A stretch of 64,000 nucleotides of DNA from Ruminococcus sp. GTDB taxonomy: Bacteria > Bacillota > Clostridia > Oscillospirales > Ruminococcaceae. Shown here piece by piece: positions 52,988-61,563 of this stretch (the first letter of the stretch is position 1; each line of letters opens with the position of its first letter). The notes under the pieces were generated by a model. It was not told the origin of the DNA. It ran no database searches and was given only the letters and a program-made list of their open reading frames with translations. Position numbers and translations under genes: made by a program. The stretch lies in contig JAZNBR010000056.1 of assembly GCA_045587105.1 (NCBI GenBank), positions 479 through 64,478 of the forward strand. The letters run 5' to 3'.

Positions 52988-54733
52988 TTATTCGGGCAGC
53001 TTATCAATAAGCTTTAAGAGAAATTTCTGGATTGAAAGTGAATCTGCGTTTGTAAGACCAGAGCCGGGAGTGTTTACATCTCCGTTGATTTCGCCCTGCT
53101 TTGTGATGCGGCTCTTGTCTGTTCCGTTCACACCGTATGCGTCGGGATTTCCGATAGCCTGCATAACGAGGATAGCGTCAGAAAGATTTACTGAGCCGTC
53201 GCAGTTAGCGTCGCCGTAGTCTGCTTCAGGCATTGTTGTAGGCTCAGTAGTCGGCTCAGGCTTGGTAGTTGTAGTAGTTGTAGTAGTTCCGGGTTCGGTG
53301 GAAGCGATGTTGTAATAATCGGAAAGCGAGATTCCGTTTCCAGCCTTTCCAAGCGGAATCTTATGGTCAAGGCTGATGAACTTTCCGTCCTCTGTCTGCC
53401 AGAGAGAAGGCTCAACGAACTCATATTTTTCCATATCCCATTCAGTCCAGTTTGTACCGCCTGCAATAAGTCCGCCGGTATCACCGGAGTTCTCATTGAA
53501 GCACCAGAAAGTATGGTGAATACGTTTTTCGATCATATAGTCACGGAGGAGTCCCATCCATTTTCTGTTGTCGCCGGTGGGATCATGTTCAGCGTCAAGG
53601 AATCCGCCCCATTCGCCCATGAGAAGCGGAGAGATCTTTTCCTCAATGAGGAATGCCCATGAATCGTACCAGTAGTCTTCAAGGAGCGTTTCACGGGTGA
53701 AGTTCTTCTTGAACCATTCCTGTTCCCATACGAGGGGACCGTAATCGTGTGGTGAGTAAACAAGCTGATCCTGATGTTCTCCGAGATCAACGGGATAATC
53801 TCTTACGCCGCGGAAGTTACCGCCCCACCATGCACCGTGGAAAGGCTGTGCGTCCGGATTGTCGTAGTCGGAGTAGTCAACAGCGGGAGAATTCCAGTCC
53901 CTGCCGTTTTCAAATTTAGGATAAACCTCGATACCCTCAACCATTATGAGGAGATTGGGATTCTGTTCAAGAACAGCAGCCGCACCTCTTTCAGCGGCAT
54001 ATTTCCAGTTGTTTTCGGCTGTGGAGTCGTCCCAGATAGCCATACCCTGACCGTCGTTCTTGCCGTGAGGCTCGTTTTTGAGGTCGATTGCGATAACAGT
54101 ATCGTCGTCCTTGTAGTATTCAGCGAACCATGCAAGAGCTTCGAGCCAGTCTTCTGTGCTGTAATTGCTGTCGTACCAGAGAGGAATCTGATGTCCGTTT
54201 GAAGCAGTTGTTGCACAGTGGATATCCATCATGATCTTGATACCATTTTCTCTGCACCAGTCAACAGCCATATTCCAGATATCGAAGCTGTACTTGGGAG
54301 TTCCGCCCTCGATACCTTCAACGGTAAGCTCAGGGTTAGTCCATTCGTTGATCTTTACCATGTAAGGATCGGGATCACGGTTCTTCCACTGGAGAAGAAT
54401 CTGAGTTGACATCGGCACACGGAGGAGATTGAATCCGTGGTCAGCGATCTGATTGAGTGCGTCGTGCATATTGAGACTCCATACGCCGTCGAAGCACTGG
54501 GTAGTAACGTTGTAGCCGAACCAGTTACATCCTGTCAGCCATACGGGATTTCCGTACATATCGACGATTTCCGCATTTTCGTTTACATGGAGCCAGTCGT
54601 CGTGGTATTCATCGGGAGCAGCCGAAGCGTCCGCCTGAATAGTTTTCGGCTGAGATTTCACAGCGGCAGGAGCCAGCGTGAGCATCATTGCCGAGGCAGC
54701 CGCAAAGGCGGCTATTTTCTTGTAAAATTTCAT
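52988..54733 (-). CDS. GH5 endoglucanase with a Thr-rich linker and C-terminal dockerin (cellulosomal cellulase)
   Basis: ORF trimmed to ATG 54733 (MKFYKKIAAF...). Signal peptide; NEPH acid/base; GEWGG nucleophile region; TTTTTTTKPEPTTEP linker; DANCDGSVNLSD...LTNADSLSIQKFLL dockerin. Confidence 0.9.
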   Translation of the reverse strand: MKFYKKIAAFAAASAMMLTLAPAAVKSQPKTIQADASAAPDEYHDDWLHVNENAEIVDMYGNPVWLTGCNWFGYNVTTQCFDGVWSLNMHDALNQIADHGFNLLRVPMSTQILLQWKNRDPDPYMVKINEWTNPELTVEGIEGGTPKYSFDIWNMAVDWCRENGIKIMMDIHCATTASNGHQIPLWYDSNYSTEDWLEALAWFAEYYKDDDTVIAIDLKNEPHGKNDGQGMAIWDDSTAENNWKYAAERGAAAVLEQNPNLLIMVEGIEVYPKFENGRDWNSPAVDYSDYDNPDAQPFHGAWWGGNFRGVRDYPVDLGEHQDQLVYSPHDYGPLVWEQEWFKKNFTRETLLEDYWYDSWAFLIEEKISPLLMGEWGGFLDAEHDPTGDNRKWMGLLRDYMIEKRIHHTFWCFNENSGDTGGLIAGGTNWTEWDMEKYEFVEPSLWQTEDGKFISLDHKIPLGKAGNGISLSDYYNIASTEPGTTTTTTTTKPEPTTEPTTMPEADYGDANCDGSVNLSDAILVMQAIGNPDAYGVNGTDKSRITKQGEINGDVNTPGSGLTNADSLSIQKFLLKLIDKLPE

Positions 54734-54970
54734 GATTTTTCTTCCTTTCTGTAATTTGACTTGATTTTCTGAATTTTGCCGGAGATAAGTGTATTCTGCA
54801 AAATTCCCCCTCTCAATGAAAATGCAGAGGTCTCCGGAATATTCAGATACGTTATTCACACATTAATTATATAATGTTTTTCAATATTTGTCAACAATAG
54901 GGATTAAATTATAAAATTTTCCTTAAATAAATCAAGGTCATAGTGTTATAATACTATCACGGCATCAACA

Positions 54971-54988
54971 GAACCGTCTAAACGGTTC
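54971..54988. promoter_or_regulatory. Perfect 7-4-7 inverted repeat upstream of the SASP gene
   Basis: GAACCGT-CTAA-ACGGTTC, 32 nt upstream of ATG 55020. Confidence 0.4.
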
Positions 54989-55019
54989 ATAAAAATAAAA
55001 TCAAAAGGAGATTTTTACT

Positions 55020-55199
55020 ATGAAGGGTGAAATGACACAGAAGGGCAAGGAAGCTCTTGAAAGATTCAAGATGGAATCAGCAAGCGAGATGGGCGTAAAT
55101 CTTAAGCCTGGTTATAACGGAGATCTTACCTCAAGAGAGGCAGGCTCTATCGGCGGACAGATGGTCAAGAAGATGATCGACGCTTATAAGATGCAGTAA
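55020..55199 (+). CDS. Alpha/beta-type small acid-soluble spore protein (SASP)
   Basis: 59-aa ORF below the ORF-track cutoff: MKGEMTQKGKEALERFKMESASEMGVNLKPGYNGDLTSREAGSIGGQMVKKMIDAYKMQ. AAAAGGAG RBS and a terminator downstream. Confidence 0.85.
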   Translation: MKGEMTQKGKEALERFKMESASEMGVNLKPGYNGDLTSREAGSIGGQMVKKMIDAYKMQ

Positions 55200-55213
55200 C
55201 AGAATAATAATGA

Positions 55214-55245
55214 AATACGCTCCTCATCTGAGGGGCGTATTTTTA
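55214..55245 (+). terminator. Terminator after the SASP gene
   Basis: ATACGC...GCGTAT stem followed by TTTT. Confidence 0.7.
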
Positions 55246-55440
55246 AATGCGTAATTGTGGTGTCGGCATTCGCCGACGGATTGAAATCATCTGTTGCCAC
55301 AATCGGATATTTCACGTTTTGCGGACACGTCACGCTGCTGCCGAGGTAATAGTTTAAGCGAGCGAGCTTTTACTGACCATGCCGGACATAGGAATGTGCG
55401 TCAGCACATGGGAACGTGTTTCGGGGGCACCGCTGGTGCC
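55246..55440. repeat. Mosaic repeat cluster m
   Basis: Heptamer remnant, B(+) 55257-55287, and an inverted L copy from about 55311 to 55440 whose terminal GGCACCGCTGGTGCC hairpin overlaps the degV stop codon by 1 nt. Confidence 0.88.
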
Positions 55441-56312
55441 TATTTATTTTTTCTGCGTACAAGAACGGCAACGACATCGGGACCGATATTTGAAGCAACA
55501 GCTGCTCCGACAGCGGCGAGCATTTCAGCCTTTCTGCCGGTACGCTTGACAAGCTCCTTTTCGATTTCCTTTGCAAGAGTGTTATCACGTCCGTGTATGA
55601 GAAGATACGGACTCTGTGGAGTCATATTTCTTTCAACGCAGTCAACGAGCTTCGGAACGATATTCTTTTCGCCCCTGATTTTCTCAACTACCTCTGTTTC
55701 GCCGTCAGCAAAGAGGATTATCGGCTTGAGTCCGAGAAGCTCTCCTGCAAAAGCGGCAGCAGCGGAAACTCTTCCGGATTTTTTTGCGTATTTAAGATTG
55801 TAAGGCACAACGTAAACGCCGCATACATTGAACCAGTCCTCAAGATATGCGATAATTTCCTTAGCGTCTGCACCCTTGCGGATTTTCTTTACAGCCTCCA
55901 TGATCGGGTAGCCGTAGAATACTGTATAGCATCCGGAGTCAAGGTTGTAGATGTTGATTTTTCCCTTTGCTTCGGGATTGTTCTCGAAGAAATCCTTTTT
56001 TGCGGTGAGGGAGTTGTTGAATGTACCTGAACCCTTTGAATTCAGTGAAACGCTGATAATATCGGTGTATCCCTGATCGTAGATTTCCTTGTAGGCTTCT
56101 TCGAATTCATAGGGATTGACCATAGCGTGCTTGGGGATTTCGTTTGACTGAGCCATCAAATCGTAGACCTCCTGAGTGCTCTTGTCGAAGATTTCACGGA
56201 AGGTCTCGCCGTTTATGGTAACCTTAAGGGGAAGCACCTTGATTCCGAGCTCCTGAATAGTTTCAAGAGGAAGATCGCAGCAGCTGTCTGTAAGAATCAT
56301 AATTTTTGACAT
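55440..56312 (-). CDS. DegV-family fatty-acid-binding protein
   Basis: The track ORF starts at GTG 56321; ATG 56312 is preferred (MSKIMILTDSCCDLP...). Typical DegV length and N-terminus. Confidence 0.85.
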   Translation of the reverse strand: MSKIMILTDSCCDLPLETIQELGIKVLPLKVTINGETFREIFDKSTQEVYDLMAQSNEIPKHAMVNPYEFEEAYKEIYDQGYTDIISVSLNSKGSGTFNNSLTAKKDFFENNPEAKGKINIYNLDSGCYTVFYGYPIMEAVKKIRKGADAKEIIAYLEDWFNVCGVYVVPYNLKYAKKSGRVSAAAAFAGELLGLKPIILFADGETEVVEKIRGEKNIVPKLVDCVERNMTPQSPYLLIHGRDNTLAKEIEKELVKRTGRKAEMLAAVGAAVASNIGPDVVAVLVRRKNK

Positions 56313-56355
56313 AATAATCACTTTCTTTCTTTAAGATGATATGGTTTCCGCCGGC

Positions 56356-56853
56356 TTACCATGTAAACTGAGTGAGCCTGCCTTCACGGGAAAGATCAGG
56401 GTAATTCCACTGACGCAGTACCTCGTAGACTGCAATTGCGGCGGAGTTTGAGAGATTAAGACTGCGGAGTTCATTCCGCATGGGGATACGGACACAGCTT
56501 TCAGGATTAGCATAAAGCAGATTCTCCGGAAGTCCCTTGTCCTCACGTCCGAAAACAAGATATGCGTTGTCCGGATAGGAAACATCACTGTGAACGTGAC
56601 GTCCCTTGGTTGTGAAGAAGAAAAAATTTCCGTCACGATTTTTTTCAAAGAAATCGTCAAGACTGTCGTAATATGTGATATCGAGCTTGTCCCAGTAATC
56701 AAGACCGGCACGTTTCAGGTGCTTGTCCGAGACTTCAAAACCGAGCGGACGGACAAGATGAAGTCTTGCACCGGTTACGGCGCAGGTACGGGAAATATTC
56801 CCTGTATTCTGCGGAATCTGAGGCTCGACGAGAACGATGTTAAGATTATACAT
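56356..56853 (-). CDS. trmL: tRNA (cytidine/uridine34-2'-O)-methyltransferase TrmL (SpoU family)
   Basis: 165 aa: IVLVEPQIPQNTGNISRTCA...LHLV. Confidence 0.88.
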   Translation of the reverse strand: MYNLNIVLVEPQIPQNTGNISRTCAVTGARLHLVRPLGFEVSDKHLKRAGLDYWDKLDITYYDSLDDFFEKNRDGNFFFFTTKGRHVHSDVSYPDNAYLVFGREDKGLPENLLYANPESCVRIPMRNELRSLNLSNSAAIAVYEVLRQWNYPDLSREGRLTQFTW

Positions 56854-56941
56854 TCTGGCTCCTTGTGAATAACCTCCGTTCTGGTACAGATAATAATACA
56901 GCGGATATTCCGCAAATACGCAGAACTGGAGTTGTAAAAAT

Positions 56942-57115
56942 ATGGATAAAAAATCTCTTGTAAAGGGAGCAGCAGTCGGGGCGGCAGCAGGATTTGCCTG
57001 CTATGCGATATCAACGGCTTCTCCCATGAAAAAATACAGCATAAAGAAAAATGCCGGAAGGACTATCAAGGCGGCAGGAAGCCTTATTGACGATCTTAAA
57101 TCGGTGCTTATGTAG
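56942..57115 (+). CDS. Possible 57-aa small membrane protein (YtxH-like N-terminus)
   Basis: MDKKSLVKGAAVGAAAGFACYAIS...; weak GGAG about 10 nt upstream; below the ORF-track cutoff; the 3' end overlaps the convergent ruvX by 8 nt. Confidence 0.4.
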   Translation: MDKKSLVKGAAVGAAAGFACYAISTASPMKKYSIKKNAGRTIKAAGSLIDDLKSVLM

Positions 57116-57539
57116 TACTTCCGCCTGTATTTTTTCTGTAATTAAGGAAGCTTTCAAGGATGATCGTAGCGGCGACAGCGTCCACGACCGCTTTGCGTTT
57201 TTTTCCTCTTGTGTTGGTGATATTGAGGGCGGAATGGGCAGAGACGGTCGTATTGCGTTCATCCCAGAGCGTTACGGGACATCCGGTGAGCTGACCGAGC
57301 TTTTCAGCGAAAAGACTGCATTTCTCAGCTCTTTCGCCGATAGTTCCGTTCATGTTTTTCGGGTATCCCACTACGATATGCTCAGCACGCTGCTCTTTTG
57401 CGAGGGCAGCGGTTTTTTCTATACATTTATCGAAATCCTTTTCGGCGATAACGCAGACAGGCGAAGCGATAAGCTCGCTTTTGCCGCATACGGCGATGCC
57501 TGTTCTTGCGTCTCCGAAGTCAACTGACATAATAATCAT
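57108..57539 (-). CDS. ruvX: Holliday-junction-resolvase-like nuclease RuvX/YqgF
   Basis: 143 aa: SVDFGDARTGIAV...VVGYPKNMNGT. Confidence 0.9.
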   Translation of the reverse strand: MIIMSVDFGDARTGIAVCGKSELIASPVCVIAEKDFDKCIEKTAALAKEQRAEHIVVGYPKNMNGTIGERAEKCSLFAEKLGQLTGCPVTLWDERNTTVSAHSALNITNTRGKKRKAVVDAVAATIILESFLNYRKNTGGSTT

Positions 57540-58027
57540 TGTATATTCTCCGTTTGTAAATCAGCGTGATCTGAGGAACAGATATCATGCCGCATAAAAA
57601 GTCTGTTTTCTTCATTGCGGCGAACAGAATATCCAAGTCGTTCATAGAGTTTCAGGGCAGATGTGTTTGAACTTTCAACATGGAGAGCGATATATGCGGC
57701 ATTTATCTCAGCCGCATACGATTCAGCTTTTTTTATAAGAGCCGAGCCTATACCCTGACTGCGGAAAGCTTCTGATACAGAAATATCATCCAGATAAACG
57801 AATTTTTCCGATTCGTTATGAACTTCAATTGCAATGTAGCCTATAATGGTATTATTGCATTCAGCAACGCATATCCAGTCATCTCCGCCAGTGAAAAATT
57901 TGTCCAGATAACCTGTTTCGTATCCGTTTTGTGCTTCTGTATAAATGCTTTCCAGCATTGCGATAAAAAGTTCCTCTATGCGTTTTTTATCGTCAGAACA
58001 CGCTTTTCTAAGCGTGAAGCTCACCAC
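57536..58027 (-). CDS. GNAT-family N-acetyltransferase
   Basis: 163 aa: FRSQGIGSALIKKAESYA; GTG start coupled to the pyrD stop. Confidence 0.75.
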   Translation of the reverse strand: MVSFTLRKACSDDKKRIEELFIAMLESIYTEAQNGYETGYLDKFFTGGDDWICVAECNNTIIGYIAIEVHNESEKFVYLDDISVSEAFRSQGIGSALIKKAESYAAEINAAYIALHVESSNTSALKLYERLGYSVRRNEENRLFMRHDICSSDHADLQTENIQ

Positions 58028-58932
58028 GGCTGAACAGTTCCGATGATATCCCTGACGGATGCGATATTCTTTCTGTCAAGGAAATTGTTCATTTCGTCAA
58101 CGATTTTTACAGGAGCAAAGGGATCAGTGAAAATAGCAGCTCCTACCTGAACAGCGGAAGCTCCTGCCATCATGAGTTCAATGGCATCAGCACCGGAGGA
58201 AACTCCGCCCATGCCGATAACAGGGATTTTCACAGCGTTTGCCACCTGCCATACCATGCGGACAGCAATCGGGAAAACAGCGGGACCACTCATTCCGCCG
58301 ACATTGTTGCGGAGGATAGGTCTGCCGGTATTGATGTCGATTCTCATGCCGAGGAGAGTGTTTATCAGCGAAACAGCGTCGGCTCCTGCGTCCTCGACAG
58401 CCTTTGCGATATCGGTAATGCTTGTGACATTGGGGGAGAGCTTCACGATAAGCGGCTTTGAAGTAGCCTTTCTCACCTGACGTGTAACCTCAGCTGCCAT
58501 ATCGCAGCTTGTTCCGAAAGCCGCACCGCCCTGTTTTACGTTGGGACAGGAGATATTCAGCTCGATCATGTGAACGTCTGTATTTTCAAGCTTTTCAGCG
58601 ACCTGAATACATTCTTCAACGGTAGAACCGGCGATATTTGCAAGAATTGTAACATCCTTTGTGAGCAGATAGGGGAGTTCCTTTTCGATGAAGTAGTCGA
58701 TTCCGGGATTCTGGAGTCCGACGGAATTAAGCATTCCTGAGGGAGTTTCAGCTATTCTCGGAGCAAGATTTCCGGTGCGTCTGTTAAGAGTAGTTCCCTT
58801 TGTGGCGATTCCGCCGAGTTTGCTGAGAGGATAAAGCTCCTCGTACTCATGACCGTATCCGAAAACGCCGGAAGCCGGAATTATCGGGTTTTTGAAGTCA
58901 ACACCGCAGATTTTTACAGAAAGATCAGCCAT
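58021..58932 (-). CDS. pyrD: Dihydroorotate dehydrogenase B, catalytic subunit
   Basis: 303 aa: NPIIPASGVFGYG...NISCPNVK...GMGGV. Confidence 0.93.
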   Translation of the reverse strand: MADLSVKICGVDFKNPIIPASGVFGYGHEYEELYPLSKLGGIATKGTTLNRRTGNLAPRIAETPSGMLNSVGLQNPGIDYFIEKELPYLLTKDVTILANIAGSTVEECIQVAEKLENTDVHMIELNISCPNVKQGGAAFGTSCDMAAEVTRQVRKATSKPLIVKLSPNVTSITDIAKAVEDAGADAVSLINTLLGMRIDINTGRPILRNNVGGMSGPAVFPIAVRMVWQVANAVKIPVIGMGGVSSGADAIELMMAGASAVQVGAAIFTDPFAPVKIVDEMNNFLDRKNIASVRDIIGTVQPW

Positions 58933-59702
58933 TACCAGAGCACCTCCTCAGCCTTGAACACAGGACCGTCCTTGCAGACGTGTGCGAAATATTCTTCGTC
59001 GTTTCTTTTGGTTTTGCAGGCACAGCCGAGACACGCTCCGATACCGCAAGCCATGCGTTCTTCGAGGGAAATTTCGCAGTAAACGGAATTTTCCCTGCAG
59101 ATTTCAGTAATTCTTTTCAGCATGGGAGTAGGTCCGCAGGCGAATACTGCGTCAACTCCGCCGTTTCTGACAAGTTCCTCAAGGGGCTGAGTTACAAAGC
59201 CGTGAATTCCGGCAGAACCGTCGTCGGTGCAGAGGATTGTTTCTGCTCCGGCAGCGGCGAAATCCTCCTGAAGGATAACGGCAGAAGCGTTTCTGAAGCC
59301 GGAAATTACAACTGCCTTTTCGCCGTATGCCATGGCAAGGGGAAGCATGGGCGGAGTTCCTATGCCGCCGCCGATGAGGATAACCTTTTTGAAATCCGGA
59401 TTCACGGTAAATCCGTGACCGAGAGGAGCGAGCATATCAATTACATCGCCCTTGTTGAGATTGGCAATCGCTGATGTGCCCTCGCCTCTGATTTCGAAAA
59501 CGATGCGGAGAGTTCCCATGTCGGGATTAATTCCGCAGATGGAGATAGGACGGCGGAGCGTGAAGCTGCCTGTTCTGATGTGAACGAACTGTCCCGGTAC
59601 AGCGACCTGTGCTATTTCCGGACAGCTTATTGTAAAGCTGTATATATTTCGTGCGATAGCTGATTTCTCAGTTATGAGATATTTTCCCTGTGTGTATTTC
59701 AT
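58932..59702 (-). CDS. pyrK: Dihydroorotate dehydrogenase B, electron-transfer (FAD/2Fe-2S) subunit
   Basis: 256 aa: RRPISI, GGGIGTPPM, C-terminal CGIGACLGCAC. Confidence 0.9.
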   Translation of the reverse strand: MKYTQGKYLITEKSAIARNIYSFTISCPEIAQVAVPGQFVHIRTGSFTLRRPISICGINPDMGTLRIVFEIRGEGTSAIANLNKGDVIDMLAPLGHGFTVNPDFKKVILIGGGIGTPPMLPLAMAYGEKAVVISGFRNASAVILQEDFAAAGAETILCTDDGSAGIHGFVTQPLEELVRNGGVDAVFACGPTPMLKRITEICRENSVYCEISLEERMACGIGACLGCACKTKRNDEEYFAHVCKDGPVFKAEEVLW

Positions 59703-59734
59703 ACAGACCTCCTGTTCAGATTTTATACAGAAAT

Positions 59735-59763
59735 ATTATACCATATTATTTTGGATTTGACAA
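59735..59763 (-). promoter_or_regulatory. Sigma-A promoter of pyrK-pyrD-GNAT-ruvX
   Basis: Minus strand: TTGTCA (59758-63), 17-nt spacer, TGgTATAAT (-10 at 59735-40). Confidence 0.6.
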
Positions 59764-59770
59764 GCATTTT

Positions 59771-60095
59771 GGGACGGATTGAAAAATTTATAACTGCCGG
59801 AAAAAATAACCGATTGTAGAGGGCGGCGTCCACGACGTCTGTGTTTTTTAATGTGTAATGCGTAATTCGTAATTATGGTGTCCCTGACGGGACGGATTGA
59901 AAATATATGTAACAGCAATATGTAGGGTGCGATGCCCACATCGCACCGTTGATATGCCGCTTAATTAACGGGACGTCGTGGGCACCGTCCCCTACAATCG
60001 GCTACATATGAATTTATGGTATTATAATTTAAATCGTCCCGTCATGCACACCACAAGCTAAAGGCTGACGGCTAAAAGCTGATAGCTGACAAGCC
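59771..60095. repeat. Mosaic repeat cluster n
   Basis: Partial B; degenerate GTAGAGGG hairpin 59815-59843; CGTAATK heptamers 59850-59874; B(+) 59875-59906; GTAGGG-hairpin doublet 59921-59996 (about 92% identical to 1254-1329); B(-) 60024-60054; GCTRANN array 60055-60095. Confidence 0.9.
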
Positions 60096-60124
60096 TTGAC
60101 ATTCAGGAATTTATGTGGTATAAT
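60096..60124 (+). promoter_or_regulatory. Sigma-A promoter of the zur-znuACB operon
   Basis: TTGACA (60096-101), 17-nt spacer, TGgTATAAT (-10 at 60119-24). Confidence 0.7.
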
Positions 60125-60125
60125 C

Positions 60126-60146
60126 TGAAAATGAAAATCATTTTCA
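60126..60146. promoter_or_regulatory. Fur-family (probably Zur) operator: perfect 7-1-7 inverted repeat with an overlapping extra half-site
   Basis: TGAAAAT-C-ATTTTCA at 60132-60146, plus TGAAAAT at 60126-32, immediately downstream of the -10 box. Confidence 0.7.
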
Positions 60147-60160
60147 GTTTGGAGAAAAGT

Positions 60161-60580
60161 ATGAAAAACGATTCAGGATATAATACAAGACAAAAGGAAA
60201 AGCTTCTTTCCTACCTCATCTCAAAAAAGGACGGGCATACAAACGTTGCCGGAATCAGTGCATATCTCGCTGCTGAGGGAACTCCCGTGGGTACTGCGAC
60301 AATATACCGTCAGCTTGACCGCCTTGTCGATCAGGGGCTTGTCCGCCGTTATACCATTGACGGCAAGACAGGAGCGTGCTATCAGTACGTTGACGGCAAT
60401 GACGGATGCCACCAGCATTTCCACCTGAAATGCAAGAACTGCGGTGTACTTATCCACACCGACTGCGACCAGCTTTCCGGAATAAACGAGCATATGCTCC
60501 GGCACCATGGATTTACTGTGGATTCGTCCATGACCGTGTTCTACGGTATATGCTCCGATTGCAGGGGTGATGCCGTATGA
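60161..60580 (+). CDS. zur: Fur-family metalloregulator (Zur-like by context)
   Basis: ORF trimmed to ATG 60161 behind GGAG. Winged HTH (TATIYRQLDRL), then CxxC...CxxC (CKNCG...CSDC). Confidence 0.85.
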   Translation: MKNDSGYNTRQKEKLLSYLISKKDGHTNVAGISAYLAAEGTPVGTATIYRQLDRLVDQGLVRRYTIDGKTGACYQYVDGNDGCHQHFHLKCKNCGVLIHTDCDQLSGINEHMLRHHGFTVDSSMTVFYGICSDCRGDAV

Positions 60581-61563
60581 GACGATATATCTGCATTTTT
60601 ACAGCAGCAGTCATGATGATTTCCGGACTTCTCACCGGATGCACACCTGCCGCAAAGAAGGACGGCGATAAGCTTTCCATCGTGACGACGTGCTTTCCGC
60701 CGTATGATTTCGCACGGGCAGTTGCCGGAGATACCGCCGATATAACAATGCTTCTCAGCACCGGAGCCGAAGCACATTCATACGAGCCTACTCCGCTTGA
60801 TATAGCGAAAATCCAGAACTGCGACGTTTTCATCTGCATAGGCGGCGAGGACGAGGTCTGGGTGGACAAGATACTTGATTCTATTGATTCGTCAGATATT
60901 GAGGTTGTCCGGCTTATCGACCACGCTGAGCTTCTTGAAGAAGAACCTGTTGCCGGAGCTTCTCCGAATGGTCACGATCATCACCACCACCATCACGAGG
61001 AGCATGACGATCACGGCGGCGAAGTCAGCGAGGAACACGCCGACGGTCATATATGGACATCTCCGGCGAATGCAATGAGGTGTCTTGAAGCTGTGAAAAC
61101 TGCACTCTGCGTGGTTTCTCCGGAGAATTCTGACCTCTACAATGCCGGTTACAAAAGCTATAACGAACAGCTTTCCGGGCTTGACAGTGAATTCACTCAG
61201 CTTATGGAAAATGCGGAGCACAACGTTATCGTTGTTGCAGATCGTTTTCCGTTCCGCTATCTTGCCCACGATTACGGCATGGAATATTTTGCGGCTTTCA
61301 GCGGATGCAGCTCTGAATCAGAGCCTTCCGTGTATACAATGGCTTTCCTGATAGACGAGCTTCTGGAGCATGATATGGATACGGTTTTCTGCCTTGAATT
61401 CTCCACCAGAAAGCTTGCGGAAAAGCTTGCAGATGCTGCCGGAGCAGAAGTCCTGACGCTTAATTCCTGCCATAATGTCTCAAAAGAGGATTTTGAAGAC
61501 GGCGTGACATATATCGACCTTATGTATGAAAATCTGAAAAATATCAAGGAGGCTCTCTCGTGA
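60577..61563 (+). CDS. znuA: Zinc ABC transporter substrate-binding lipoprotein (ZnuA/AdcA cluster 9) with a His-rich loop
   Basis: 328 aa; lipobox LLTGC; loop NGHDHHHHHHEEHDDHGGEVSEEHADGH. Confidence 0.88.
   Translation: MRRYICIFTAAVMMISGLLTGCTPAAKKDGDKLSIVTTCFPPYDFARAVAGDTADITMLLSTGAEAHSYEPTPLDIAKIQNCDVFICIGGEDEVWVDKILDSIDSSDIEVVRLIDHAELLEEEPVAGASPNGHDHHHHHHEEHDDHGGEVSEEHADGHIWTSPANAMRCLEAVKTALCVVSPENSDLYNAGYKSYNEQLSGLDSEFTQLMENAEHNVIVVADRFPFRYLAHDYGMEYFAAFSGCSSESEPSVYTMAFLIDELLEHDMDTVFCLEFSTRKLAEKLADAAGAEVLTLNSCHNVSKEDFEDGVTYIDLMYENLKNIKEALS

Noticed and set aside
54924-54956. Assigning a sigma-G/F forespore promoter to the SASP gene
   Set aside because: An AATACTA -10-like heptamer is present, but no G-containing -35 (GnATA) lies at 17-18 nt. 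GCATC at 54962 is wrongly spaced for CATAAAA at 54988. The promoter class is left unresolved.
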